Assembly: GCA_903889965.1 (NCBI GenBank)
Contig: CAISZM010000084.1
Coordinates: forward strand, 15,503 to 79,502
DNA: 64,000 nt
Direction of reading: 5' to 3'
Source of the DNA: an uncultured Elusimicrobia bacterium
GTDB lineage: Bacteria > Elusimicrobiota > Elusimicrobia > Elusimicrobiales > UBA9959
Under the pieces are notes generated by a model. That model saw only the letters and a list, made by a program, of their open reading frames with translations, was not told where the DNA came from and did not search any database. Below, in pieces: positions 1 through 8,879 of the stretch. Numbering within the stretch: position 1 is the stretch's first letter; each line of letters starts with the position of its first letter. The position numbers and the translations under genes are program-made.

Positions 1-319
1 CGTAATCCTTCAGCACCAGTTTGTAGATAAGGTAGGCGGGCGCTATGCCGAAAGATATCCAGTCCGAAAGCGAGTCTATTTCCACGCCGAAGGAGCTTTC
101 GCCGTGGACCAGGCGCGCCACGCGTCCGTCGAGCATGTCCATGACATACGAGAGTATTATGAACCAGGAGGCACGCACATAATTGCCTTCCGAGGCGAGG
201 AGGATCGCGAAAAAACCGAAGGCCATGTTGGCTATGGTGAAAATGGAAGGCAGCACCACGGCGCCGGTCTTCTTCAGTTTGGCGATATCGATACGCTTCT
301 TTTCAATTATATCTTCCAT
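1..319 (-). CDS. pssA: CDP-diacylglycerol--serine O-phosphatidyltransferase (CDP-alcohol phosphatidyltransferase family), N-terminal part; the gene runs off the left edge
   Basis: Own minus-strand translation from the ATG at 317-319 gives MEDIIEKKRIDIAKLKKTGAVVLPSIFTIANMAFGFFAILLASEGNYVRASWFIILSYVMDMLDGRVARLVHGESSFGVEIDSLSDWISFGIAPAYLIYKLVLKDY. It contains the DG(x2)AR(x8)G(x3)D(x3)D motif and lies directly upstream of psd. Confidence 0.8.
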   Translation of the reverse strand, partial: MEDIIEKKRIDIAKLKKTGAVVLPSIFTIANMAFGFFAILLASEGNYVRASWFIILSYVMDMLDGRVARLVHGESSFGVEIDSLSDWISFGIAPAYLIYKLVLKDY

Positions 320-329
320 AGATTTTCCT

Positions 330-956
330 TTACCAGAGCCCCAGCACGGTTTCCGCCCCGGTAACCTTGTCCCCCGGATGTATAAGGAGCCTCGCGTTCT
401 CCGGCAGGTAAACGGCCACCTGCGAACCGAAATAGATCATCCCTATCCTGGAACCGATCCTGACGTCCTGGCCCTCCTTGACGTAGCAGGCTATCCTGCG
501 CGCTATGGAGCCGGTTATCTGCTCAACCTCGACGAAGCGCCCGTACTCCCCGCCTATGCGTATAAGATTGCGCTGATTATTGGCGGCCTCGGATTTGTAA
601 GCGACCGCGAACTTGCCCTTGGTGTACTTTATTTTTTCTATCCTGCCTTCCATCGGCGCGCGCTGAACGTGGACATTGAAGATAGAAAGGAAAATGCGCA
701 CTACCTTCACCCCGGGAACGCCTTCGTTGCCTACGCTCATCACGGTACCGTCGGCGGGACAGGATATTTCTCCGGGCGCGAAGATCCTGTCGCGCTCGGG
801 GTCGCGGAAGAAATAGGCCGAGAAAGCCGCGAAGAACAGGCCGAGGAATACCAGAGGCAGGCCCACCCACCTGGTCCAGACCAGCAGGATGGTTCCCGCG
901 GCGGCCGCTATCATTCCCCCCGTAATAAGTTTTGTCCCTGCAGGCGCGAATCCCAT
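330..956 (-). CDS. psd: phosphatidylserine decarboxylase (short, archaetidylserine-decarboxylase-like form)
   Basis: 208 aa ORF with an N-terminal TM segment. The overall sequence is family-like, ending in a GxS-type cleavage region (IGMIYFGSQV). It is adjacent to pssA. Confidence 0.8.
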   Translation of the reverse strand: MGFAPAGTKLITGGMIAAAAGTILLVWTRWVGLPLVFLGLFFAAFSAYFFRDPERDRIFAPGEISCPADGTVMSVGNEGVPGVKVVRIFLSIFNVHVQRAPMEGRIEKIKYTKGKFAVAYKSEAANNQRNLIRIGGEYGRFVEVEQITGSIARRIACYVKEGQDVRIGSRIGMIYFGSQVAVYLPENARLLIHPGDKVTGAETVLGLW

Positions 957-1082
957 ATTATCCTCTCAATCTTGTTCTTTAAAAAGTTACCGAAAACCGC
1001 GCTCCGGCCGGTCCGTCGCAGCGTTCAAATCTGCGCGGCGGGCGATCTGTATCCTGCTTCCGCACGCGAAACGCGCTGAAAT

Positions 1083-1167
1083 TGCCCGGGGCGGGACTCG
1101 AACCCGCACGGAGGAAACCTCCAGCTGATTTTAAGTCAGCTCTGGCTACCAGTTACAGCACCCGGGC
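1083..1167 (-). tRNA. tRNA-Leu (anticodon UAA), class II with a long variable arm; no encoded CCA
   Basis: Hand-folded from the reverse complement. Acceptor GCCCGGG/CCCGGGC; D stem CUG/CAG with a GG loop; anticodon stem GCUGA/UCAGC with loop CUUAAAA. Variable arm GGAGG-UUU-CCUCC; T arm GCGGG-UUCGAGU-CCCGC; discriminator A. Confidence 0.9.
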
Positions 1168-1189
1168 TACGTTCCTTTATTCTACTATT

Positions 1190-1615
1190 TTACCGGCTTT
1201 CCTTGCGGAGCTCAGCGTCCGCCATGCTTCGAAAGGCCTCGCAGGTGATAGTTTTTATACCTTCCCCGGCGGCGCGGGCGCGCAGGCCATCATCGGAGGT
1301 GACGATCACGGCCCTTACGCCCTCCGACAGCATGAAATACCCCCGCTCCACAAGAACGTCGTCAGCCGGCTCGGAATCGCTGTAATATACGGTTATAGAG
1401 GCGCCGCCCATTCCCGATGGGCGGTACGGGCCGTCGAACACGACACGGAAGGAGGACGCCCGGAGTATCTCCGCGCGGGCGGCGGCGCCCAGCCAGCGCA
1501 TAAACTCCCGCTCCAGCTCGTCGCGGGAGCGGCCGCCGGCCCCCTCCCACGACCGCATGGAAAAATTAGACCCGTCCACCAGGTAGACGGTCGGCTTTGA
1601 GGAGAGGCGCTTCAT
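1190..1615 (-). CDS. NYN/PIN-like YacP (Rae1-type) RNA-binding/ribonuclease family protein
   Basis: 141 aa ORF with family-like features (VYLVDGSNF..., VIVTSDD). Its ATG overlaps the upstream stop (ATGA at 1612-1615). Confidence 0.6.
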   Translation of the reverse strand: MKRLSSKPTVYLVDGSNFSMRSWEGAGGRSRDELEREFMRWLGAAARAEILRASSFRVVFDGPYRPSGMGGASITVYYSDSEPADDVLVERGYFMLSEGVRAVIVTSDDGLRARAAGEGIKTITCEAFRSMADAELRKESR

Positions 1616-2772
1616 TTATTCACCGTCAATACCTTTATTTTCCGCTTCAGCCGCTCGAGCCTCAGCCCCAGCCTGCTTTGAAGCTGTGAACTGATCAGTC
1701 GCGCATCGCCGGTTTCAAACGTGAATTTGTATTGGAAGGGACCGTCGGCTTTTGTTTCGTTAAGAACGGGGCAGCCAAGGCGTTCCCCGAGGCGGTAAGC
1801 CAGCACGTCGAAAGAAGAACCGGGGGCGTCGAGCGAAACGCCGTCGAACTTCACGTCTTCCAGGTCTTTCATTCTTTTGGCGAGCGGCCCGCCGGGGGCG
1901 GCCTTCAGCACATAGACCTCGGCCTCCCGCAGCTCCTGTTTGACCTTGAGTCCGAGCGCGGACTCGATACCCTTAACGAATATCCCTTTTTTACCGTCCG
2001 CGGCGCCGGGCGGCGCCGAGACGCGGATATCGTATCTGGAATCGAAGATATCCTTTACTCCCGGCCCCAGGTCGACAACGTCCGAAGGACCAAGCATGAG
2101 ATCGAAAGCGGACCTGAGAGTAAGGGCCTTTGCGTACATAAAATCGTTCCCGCAACTGGCGCCGGCGGCGCCGGACGAGTCCGGGGCTATAAAGAACTCC
2201 GCCAGGGCCGGAGAGCCGGTCCCGTCCGACAGGCCGCGGTCCGGGGGCCGGGCAGCATCCTCCGCGGCCCTCCGCCTGCCGGCCAGCAGGTCTTCCACGC
2301 CCTCGGCGGTAAGATCCGCGGAGGACGTTGATGAAAATACCCTGCCGTCGGGAGCTACGAGCACCGTATAAGGCCGGGAATAAACGCGGAAGGCCTTGAA
2401 GGGTTCCGCTCCCGCTTCGGGCGCCACCCAGCCGGACATCGGGTGCGTTTGCATGAAGGCCCGCACTTCGGCCTCGCTTTCATCGGTTATCGAGATAAAG
2501 ACCACCGCCTTATCGCGGAACTGTTCGGCGAGCTGGTTCATGCGCGGGATATTGTCGACGCAAGGTTCGCACCAGGTGGCCCAGAATTCCAGCACGGCCG
2601 CCTTTCCCCCCAGGTCCCGCCAGCCGCCCAGTTCCGGCGCAGGCGCGTTTATAAGTTTTACCAGCTTAAGCTCGGGCGCGGGCAGCCCGGCCTCGGCCAG
2701 CTTCGGTCTTTCTACGGAAGATTTGCCGCAGGCTGCAAAAAACAGGGCCAGCGCTATCAGGTTGTTTCTCAT
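1612..2772 (-). CDS. lipoprotein: TlpA/redoxin-type thiol-disulfide oxidoreductase fused to a TIGR03435-like C-terminal domain
   Basis: Signal peptide with lipobox (LFFAAC). Thioredoxin-fold motif EFWATWCEPCVDNIP. The C-terminal ~200 aa carries two LGLK/LGLRLE...VLxV modules resembling the Solibacter-type TIGR03435 domain. Confidence 0.65.
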   Translation of the reverse strand: MRNNLIALALFFAACGKSSVERPKLAEAGLPAPELKLVKLINAPAPELGGWRDLGGKAAVLEFWATWCEPCVDNIPRMNQLAEQFRDKAVVFISITDESEAEVRAFMQTHPMSGWVAPEAGAEPFKAFRVYSRPYTVLVAPDGRVFSSTSSADLTAEGVEDLLAGRRRAAEDAARPPDRGLSDGTGSPALAEFFIAPDSSGAAGASCGNDFMYAKALTLRSAFDLMLGPSDVVDLGPGVKDIFDSRYDIRVSAPPGAADGKKGIFVKGIESALGLKVKQELREAEVYVLKAAPGGPLAKRMKDLEDVKFDGVSLDAPGSSFDVLAYRLGERLGCPVLNETKADGPFQYKFTFETGDARLISSQLQSRLGLRLERLKRKIKVLTVNK

Positions 2773-2785
2773 AGGCCCGGGGGGT

Positions 2786-3475
2786 TCAGGCCTTTATTCC
2801 CAGCGCCAGGCCTTCGCCCGTGGGAATGACCGAAGCTGAGACGAAACGATCGGTGTCGAAAAGTATATGGAAGAATTCCCGCATGGCCCTGGCCGCGGAG
2901 TTATCGGCGGGTTCTCCTCCCTCGGAACAGACCTTGCCGTTCAGGAAGGCCCTGTCGGCCAGCACCACGCCCCCGGGCTTCAGGTTCGCGGCGGCCCACC
3001 GCAGGTATGCCGGGTAATTCTCCGCGTCGGCGTCTATAAAACAAAGATCGTAGGGCGCAAGCTTGGATAGTGTTTTCAGGCTTTCAAGGGCCGGTCCTTC
3101 CATCACCGTAATTTTCCGGGAAAGGCCCGAGGCCTCGATAAGGTCCTTAGCCGCGTTCACGCAGGCCGGAACTTTTTCAAGGGAGTAAAGACGCGCCCCC
3201 TCCGGCAGGCCGCGCGCTATCCAATGCGCCGAATAGCTGTACAGCGAACCGATCTCCACGGCCTTCCTGGCCCCTGACAGGGCGGCAACCGACTCGAGCA
3301 TCCGGCCTTCCATCGCGGAGACCGCGGCGCCGCGCACGCCGTCCTTTTTCATCGCCTCCAGCACATGGGCCGCGTAACCCTCGTCGGCCGCGGTCAGCGC
3401 CGCGAAATAGGCGGCCAGTTCCGGCGGATGGGGACGGCCGGGAAAAACTCCGCGCAGTTCTTTGTCCATGTTCAT
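2786..3475 (-). CDS. class I SAM-dependent O-methyltransferase (family 3, caffeoyl-CoA OMT-like)
   Basis: Motifs VEIGSLYSYSA, YDLCFIDADAENY and LKPGGVVLAD. The start is taken at MNMDK (ATG 3473-3475), overlapping the upstream TGA, rather than at the 249 aa extended ORF. Confidence 0.75.
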   Translation of the reverse strand: MNMDKELRGVFPGRPHPPELAAYFAALTAADEGYAAHVLEAMKKDGVRGAAVSAMEGRMLESVAALSGARKAVEIGSLYSYSAHWIARGLPEGARLYSLEKVPACVNAAKDLIEASGLSRKITVMEGPALESLKTLSKLAPYDLCFIDADAENYPAYLRWAAANLKPGGVVLADRAFLNGKVCSEGGEPADNSAARAMREFFHILFDTDRFVSASVIPTGEGLALGIKA

Positions 3476-3948
3476 AAGGGCAGGCGGTGAAGGGTTATTC
3501 CCGCGCGCGCTCCTCCCGGGGTGACGCCGGCGCACATCATGACCGGGAAAGGCATAAAATCCTCCGCGTTAACCGAGGCCGCGCAAAAAGCGTGCGCCGC
3601 ACCGGAAAGCGATATTTGCGCCTGAAAATACCGGCCGGGGCAGGTCGCGTTTTTTCCGCCGTAAGGGCAGATGGCGTAGAACGTGATATCCGCTTTTATC
3701 TCCGCCTCACCGAGGCGCAGGGTCTCGGTGACGGAGGCGGCTGCCGCCTCTCCCGGTGACGAAGGCGCTCCCAGGCTCGCGGCCACGGGCCGGTTCCTTT
3801 CCCCCGGTTTTGGCAGGGAACACGCGCTCCCCCGGCAATCCTGGGTCCAGGCTGAGATATAGCCGGCGAGTTCAGCCGCGGGCTCCCCGCTGGCCGCGCA
3901 GACCGGCTGGGCCATAAGCGCTGCCGCTGCCAGTATTATTTTTTTCAT
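3472..3948 (-). CDS. secreted Cys-rich hypothetical protein
   Basis: 158 aa ORF with a clear signal peptide (MKKIILAAAALMAQPVCAAS) and 8 Cys. It is translationally coupled to the O-methyltransferase. I recognise no family. Confidence 0.5.
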   Translation of the reverse strand: MKKIILAAAALMAQPVCAASGEPAAELAGYISAWTQDCRGSACSLPKPGERNRPVAASLGAPSSPGEAAAASVTETLRLGEAEIKADITFYAICPYGGKNATCPGRYFQAQISLSGAAHAFCAASVNAEDFMPFPVMMCAGVTPGGARAGITLHRLPL

Positions 3949-4050
3949 GAAGCGTACATTTTACAAAATTATGCGCATGCCGGTCTTGACCATGGCCCGG
4001 AGCCGGAAAATCCCGCGCTTAGCGGTAAAACCGCGCTTTGCCTGTGTTCT

Positions 4051-4080
4051 TTGCTTTCTTTTATCCTCTTATGCTATATT
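4051..4080 (+). promoter_or_regulatory. candidate sigma70 promoter for the phosphohexomutase gene (TTGCTT-18 nt-TATATT)
   Basis: -35-like TTGCTT at 4051-4056 and -10-like TATATT at 4075-4080. The ATG at 4090 has no Shine-Dalgarno sequence, which implies a very short or absent leader. Confidence 0.3.
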
Positions 4081-4089
4081 CAGTTAACT

Positions 4090-5586
4090 ATGGCGACCCA
4101 AAACATCAAGTTCGGCACCTCCGGGTGGAGGGCCGTAATTGCCGAAGATTTCAATATTTCCACCCTGCGCCGCGTGAGCCACGCCGTGGCCGAACATGTC
4201 CGCGAACACAGGGAATACGGCTACAGGGGAGAAGAGTACCTGCTGGGCCTGCGGAACGCCGGCAAACCGGCACCTAAAACCCCGAAGGTCATAATAGGCT
4301 ACGACACCCGTTTCCTTTCCGAGGATTTCGCCAGGAACGTGGCGGAAGCGCTGGCGGCGGAAAGCATCACCGCCGTCATCTCCGGCACGGACTCGCCCAC
4401 CCCGGTGGTTGCCTGGGAAGTCATGCGCACCTCCGCCTCCGGAGGCGTGATGATCACGGCCAGTCACAATCCCCCGCACTATAACGGCTTTAAGTGGACC
4501 CCCTACTGGGGCGGGCCGGCCATGCCCGACATAACCAACGACCTCGAGGCCCGCGTCCAGGCCCTTACCATAGCCGAGGTGGAGAGGCATATTCCTTTCG
4601 ATCACGGCGTGACGGCGGGAATAATAAAGGTGGAGGACTTCCACGAAAATTACTTCCGGCAGCTCGGCTCCCTGCTTGACCTGGGAGCTATAAAAAAAGC
4701 CGGGCTTAAGATAGCCGCCGACTCGGTCAACGGCGCCGCCCGCACCTACCTCCGCCCGATACTGGAAAAAGCGGGCGCGAAAGTGACGGGCCTTCGCGAG
4801 GAACGCGACGTTCTGTTCGGCGGACGCTCCCCGGACACGGACGAGAAGAACCTGGCGGGGCTGCGCGAGACCGTGGTAAAGAACAGGATGAACCTTGGCC
4901 TGGCCTGCGACGGCGACGCCGACCGCTTCGGCATAATAGATTCCGACGGCACCTGGATCTCCCCCAACCTCGTGCTGGGGCTGGTGCTGGAGCACCTGGT
5001 GAAGAACCGCGGCCTTAAAGGCAAATTCGCGCGCTCGGTGATGACCTCGCATTTCGCCGACGCGGTGGCCCGCCATCACGGCCTGGAAGTGCGCGAAACG
5101 GCGGTAGGATTTAAGCACATAGGCAACCTCCTCCGCACGGGCCAGTACCTCCTTGGCGGCGAGGAATCCGGCGGACTTTCGATCATGAACCACGTTCCGG
5201 AGAAGGACGGCATACTGGCCTGCCTGCTTATAGCGGAAATGGTGGCTTACGAGCGGAAACCCATAAAAAAGATACTCGCCGAACTGAACAAGCGCGTGGG
5301 GAATTTCGTCAACTGCCGGACAAACCTTAAAGTGGACCCGAATATCAACATGGAATCCGTGGTGGAGCGTCTTAAGCTGAACCCCCCGCTGAACATGGCC
5401 GGTTCTTCGGTCTGGCGCATAGACCACACGGACGGATTCAAGTTCATAATGAAGGACGGCAGCTGGCTCGGGCTGCGCCCCTCCGGCACGGAGCCGCTGG
5501 TGCGCATATACGCGGAGGCGTCCACGCCCCAGAAGACCGCGGCGCTTACCGAAGCCGGGAAAAAAATAATAGTAGGAAAATTTTAG
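4090..5586 (+). CDS. phosphoglucomutase/phosphomannomutase (alpha-D-phosphohexomutase family)
   Basis: N-terminus IKFGTSGWR, active-site loop TASHNPPHYNGFK, metal loop ACDGDADR. The start is taken at the ATG at 4090 (MATQNIKFGTSGWR). Confidence 0.9.
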   Translation: MATQNIKFGTSGWRAVIAEDFNISTLRRVSHAVAEHVREHREYGYRGEEYLLGLRNAGKPAPKTPKVIIGYDTRFLSEDFARNVAEALAAESITAVISGTDSPTPVVAWEVMRTSASGGVMITASHNPPHYNGFKWTPYWGGPAMPDITNDLEARVQALTIAEVERHIPFDHGVTAGIIKVEDFHENYFRQLGSLLDLGAIKKAGLKIAADSVNGAARTYLRPILEKAGAKVTGLREERDVLFGGRSPDTDEKNLAGLRETVVKNRMNLGLACDGDADRFGIIDSDGTWISPNLVLGLVLEHLVKNRGLKGKFARSVMTSHFADAVARHHGLEVRETAVGFKHIGNLLRTGQYLLGGEESGGLSIMNHVPEKDGILACLLIAEMVAYERKPIKKILAELNKRVGNFVNCRTNLKVDPNINMESVVERLKLNPPLNMAGSSVWRIDHTDGFKFIMKDGSWLGLRPSGTEPLVRIYAEASTPQKTAALTEAGKKIIVGKF

Positions 5587-5614
5587 TTCATAATTCTCGA
5601 GGAGAAAAACAAAA

Positions 5615-6898
5615 ATGGAAGCTAAAATAAAAAAGATCACTGCAAGGGAAATTCTTGATTCCCGCGGTTTCCCCACCGTGGAAACGGACGTACTGCTTTC
5701 CGACGGTTCCTTCGGCCGGGCGGCGGTGCCTAGCGGGGCCTCCACCGGCACTCACGAAGCTCTTGAGATGCGCGACGGCGGCAAGCGCTACCTGGGCAAG
5801 GGCGTCGCTAAAGCCGTGGAGAACGTCAACAAAACCATCACCGGCGAAATAACCGGTCTCAAAGCCGACCAGATAAAGATCGACGAGATGATGCTGGAAC
5901 TGGACGGCACCCAGATGAAAACCAAACTGGGCGCCAACGCGATACTCTCCGTCTCCATGGCGCTGGCCCGCGCGGGCGCGGCCTCCGCCAAACTTCCGCT
6001 CTACGCGTACATACGCAGGGCCTACGGTCTCAAGCACAAGGACTTCGTCATCCCCGCCCCCATGATGAACATCATCAACGGCGGCAAGCACGCGGACTCC
6101 GGCATCAGCATACAGGAATTCATGATAGTGCCGACCGGGGCGCCGAGATTCACCGACGCCATACGCATCGGCTGCGAGATATACCACACGCTCAAGAAGA
6201 TCCTGGCCAAGGCCGGCTACACCACCGCCGTGGGTGACGAGGGCGGCTTCGCCCCGAAGATCTTCACCCACGAGTCCGTGCTGGAGACGATCTGCAACGC
6301 CATTAAAGACGCCGGCTACACCTTCAAGGAAGTACAGATAGCCCTGGATTCCGCCGCCAGCGAATTCTACCAGAACGACCGCTACGTGTTCGAGGGCTCT
6401 AACCTGTCCTACCAGGAACTGACCGCCAAGTACGCGGAATGGAAAAAGCACTTCCCGATAATTTCCTACGAAGACCCGCTTGCCGAAGACGACTGGGAAG
6501 GCTGGGAACATCTCACCAAACACCTGGCCAAGAAGGCCCGCGTGGTCGGCGACGATCTTTTCGTCACCAACCCCGAGCGCCTGAAGAAGGGCATCGAAGA
6601 CAAGATAGCCAACGCGATCCTGATAAAGCTGAACCAGATAGGTTCGCTGACCGAAACCGTGCGCGTAATAGAGATGGCTCACCGGGCGGGCTACGCCACC
6701 GTGATCTCTCACCGCTCGGGCGAGACGGAAGACTCCTTCATAGCGGACCTGGCGGTGGCCACCAACGCCGGGGCCATAAAAACCGGCGCGCCGTGCCGCT
6801 CCGAGCGCCTTTGCAAGTACAACCAGCTCATCCGCATCGAGGAAGAACTGGGCAAGAAGGCGCGTTACGCCAAGGACAGCGTTTTCAAGTTCAAGTAA
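5615..6898 (+). CDS. eno: enolase (phosphopyruvate hydratase)
   Basis: 427 aa with the canonical N-terminus [19 protein letters not shown] and the SHRSGETED motif. GAGGAG RBS upstream. Confidence 0.97.
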   Translation: MEAKIKKITAREILDSRGFPTVETDVLLSDGSFGRAAVPSGASTGTHEALEMRDGGKRYLGKGVAKAVENVNKTITGEITGLKADQIKIDEMMLELDGTQMKTKLGANAILSVSMALARAGAASAKLPLYAYIRRAYGLKHKDFVIPAPMMNIINGGKHADSGISIQEFMIVPTGAPRFTDAIRIGCEIYHTLKKILAKAGYTTAVGDEGGFAPKIFTHESVLETICNAIKDAGYTFKEVQIALDSAASEFYQNDRYVFEGSNLSYQELTAKYAEWKKHFPIISYEDPLAEDDWEGWEHLTKHLAKKARVVGDDLFVTNPERLKKGIEDKIANAILIKLNQIGSLTETVRVIEMAHRAGYATVISHRSGETEDSFIADLAVATNAGAIKTGAPCRSERLCKYNQLIRIEEELGKKARYAKDSVFKFK

Positions 6899-6911
6899 AG
6901 TCCCCGCCGAA

Positions 6912-6949
6912 AAAGCCCCGTCCGCATAAAACCCGGGCGGGGCTTTTTA
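6912..6949 (+). terminator. rho-independent terminator after eno
   Basis: Stem AAGCCCCGTCCG / CGGGCGGGGCTT followed by TTTTT. Confidence 0.6.
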
Positions 6950-7043
6950 TCCGGGACCCCGCGCCAGCGTTATTCCCGTTCCGGCAGTACCGGAGAGGGC
7001 GCACGTCGGCTCAAGGCGCGGATCCCACCGGCCCGCGCAAAAC

Positions 7044-7334
7044 ATGAAACACCTCCGGCTCAAATTAAAACTTAAATACCTGGCCCTCCTTATAGCGGCG
7101 GCCGTCCTCGTGGGTAACCGCGGCTTCCGGAGCCTGGTCCGGAACTATCTTGAATACCGCAGGCTCGAGTCGCACAAAGCAGAGCTTCAGAAGCAGTACG
7201 TGGACCTGAAAAAGAGAACCGACGAAGTTAAGGAGACACCGGCGATCGAGCAGGCCGCCCGCGTGCAGCTCGGCCTGATAAAGCCGGATGAAACCGAATA
7301 CAGGTTCCCCCCCCCGAAGGAGTCGGACAAATGA
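7044..7334 (+). CDS. ftsB: septum formation initiator (FtsB/DivIC family)
   Basis: 96 aa with one N-terminal TM helix, a coiled coil and the C-terminal family motif ARVQLGLIKPDE. The eno-ftsB synteny is typical. Confidence 0.75.
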   Translation: MKHLRLKLKLKYLALLIAAAVLVGNRGFRSLVRNYLEYRRLESHKAELQKQYVDLKKRTDEVKETPAIEQAARVQLGLIKPDETEYRFPPPKESDK

Positions 7335-7963
7335 GGACGCGCCAGTTCAAACTAGGCCCGATGGGGAACCTCTCCTACCTGCTCTGGGATGAAAGCACCG
7401 CATCGGCGGCGATCATCGACCCCGCCTGGGAGCCCGAAAAGCTGGCCGAATACATCAGCGCGAAGAGCTTGCGGCTCGAGTGCCTGTTGTTGACGCACGC
7501 GCACCCGGACCACGTTAACGGAGTTCCCTTTTTTACCGCCGCGAACCCGCTGCTTCCCGTCTACCTGCACGAGGCCGACTATTTCATGCTGAAGGAACGC
7601 CCCGGGGCGCTGAAGCCCGTGCAGGACGGCGGACAGATAGAAGCGGGCGCTCTTAAAATACGCGTCATGCACACGCCGGGCCATACCCCGGGCTCGGTCT
7701 GCTACCGGGCCGGGGGCGCGGTTTTCACCGGCGATACGCTGTTCGTGGGAGAATGCGGCCGCGTGGACCTGCCGGGCTCGGACCCGGAAGCGCTTTACGA
7801 AAGTTTCGTAAAGCTGGCCGCTATTCCGGACGGCGCCGCCGTTTACCCCGGACATTCCTACAACGGCGACGCTTCCACCTTCGGCGCGCAGAAGAGGGAG
7901 AACCGCTACCTGAAACTCGCTCGTGAGGGCCTCCGGGAGGACTTCCTCGCCGCGGTCCTGTGA
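7331..7963 (+). CDS. MBL-fold metallo-hydrolase (glyoxalase II-like)
   Basis: THAHPDH motif, HTPGHTPGS, and a later D/H ligand pattern. Start overlaps the ftsB stop (ATGA). Confidence 0.8.
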   Translation: MRTRQFKLGPMGNLSYLLWDESTASAAIIDPAWEPEKLAEYISAKSLRLECLLLTHAHPDHVNGVPFFTAANPLLPVYLHEADYFMLKERPGALKPVQDGGQIEAGALKIRVMHTPGHTPGSVCYRAGGAVFTGDTLFVGECGRVDLPGSDPEALYESFVKLAAIPDGAAVYPGHSYNGDASTFGAQKRENRYLKLAREGLREDFLAAVL

Positions 7964-8090
7964 ACCGGCGCACGCGGACCTTTATCCTCCCGCCCTGCCC
8001 CGGGGAGAAAGCGCGCGGCGGCCGTAAGGGCGGGGTTTAGAAAGCCGCGGCGCGGGCCGCAACGAAGCCGGATTTGCGGCGGAGATACAT

Positions 8091-8879
8091 GTGCACCCTA
8101 TAATCTTCCAGTTAGGATCTTTCCGGTTCCCGGCCTACGGCCTTATGGTGGCCTGCGGCTACCTGGCAGGGATATCATACATACTGCGCTTTGCCGGCCG
8201 CTCAGGATTCAGGAAAGAAGACATTTCCGACCTTATATTCTACTCCGTGCTTGGCGGGATGGCCGGAGCCAAGCTTTTTTACGCCGTTACCTACTGGAAA
8301 GAGTTCGGCGGCGACTTTGCCTCCCGCCTCGGGTACGCGCTGCGCACCGCCCGGTACGGTTTCGTTTTTTACGGCGGGCTTATATTCGGCGCGGCCGTTT
8401 TTTTTACCGCGGCCCGCCTCAGGAAAATACGCGCGCTGAAGGCGGCCGACCTTTTCGCCCCGGCCCTGGCGCTGGGCCACGCCTTCGGGGGGGTCGGGTG
8501 CTTCCTCGCGGGCTGCTGCTACGGGCGCCCGACGTCCTGCGCCCTCGGCGTTACGTTCACGAACCCCGCCTCCGAAGTAAACCCGCTATACCTGGGCGTG
8601 CCGCTTCACCCCGTGCAGCTTTACGAGGCCGCGGGGAACCTGGCCATCTTCCTGATCCTGCACAAAGCGCTCGGCCGCTCGCTCAAGGGGCGCCTGCCCG
8701 CCGGCGCCGTAACCGCGCTTTACGCAGTGCTCTATTGCGCCCAGCGCTTCCTTATAGAGTTTTTACGGGGCGACGACCGCGGCGCGCTGCGCTTCGGGCT
8801 GTCCCCGGCGCAGCTTATTTCCGCGGCGGTTTTTATCGCCGGGGCTGCAATCCTGACCAGGCTTAAGGCTGAAAAATGA
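8091..8879 (+). CDS. lgt: prolipoprotein diacylglyceryl transferase
   Basis: 262 aa polytopic protein, family-like throughout (FRFPAYGLMVACGYLAG; HPVQLYEA). GTG start. Confidence 0.85.
   Translation: MHPIIFQLGSFRFPAYGLMVACGYLAGISYILRFAGRSGFRKEDISDLIFYSVLGGMAGAKLFYAVTYWKEFGGDFASRLGYALRTARYGFVFYGGLIFGAAVFFTAARLRKIRALKAADLFAPALALGHAFGGVGCFLAGCCYGRPTSCALGVTFTNPASEVNPLYLGVPLHPVQLYEAAGNLAIFLILHKALGRSLKGRLPAGAVTALYAVLYCAQRFLIEFLRGDDRGALRFGLSPAQLISAAVFIAGAAILTRLKAEK

Noticed and set aside
4084-5751. Very long ORFs antisense to clearly identified genes. Examples: 4084..5751(-) opposite pgm, 5588..6712(-) opposite eno, 18145..19170(-) opposite the Band 7 gene, 41351..42949(+) opposite lptD, 53813..55492(+) opposite polA, and 57660..58952(+) and 59775..61010(+) opposite smc.
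   Set aside because: Their translations are Arg/Gly/Ala/Pro/His-rich low-complexity strings with no motifs. Each lies opposite a gene with unmistakable family signatures. Long stop-free antisense frames are expected in GC-rich DNA.
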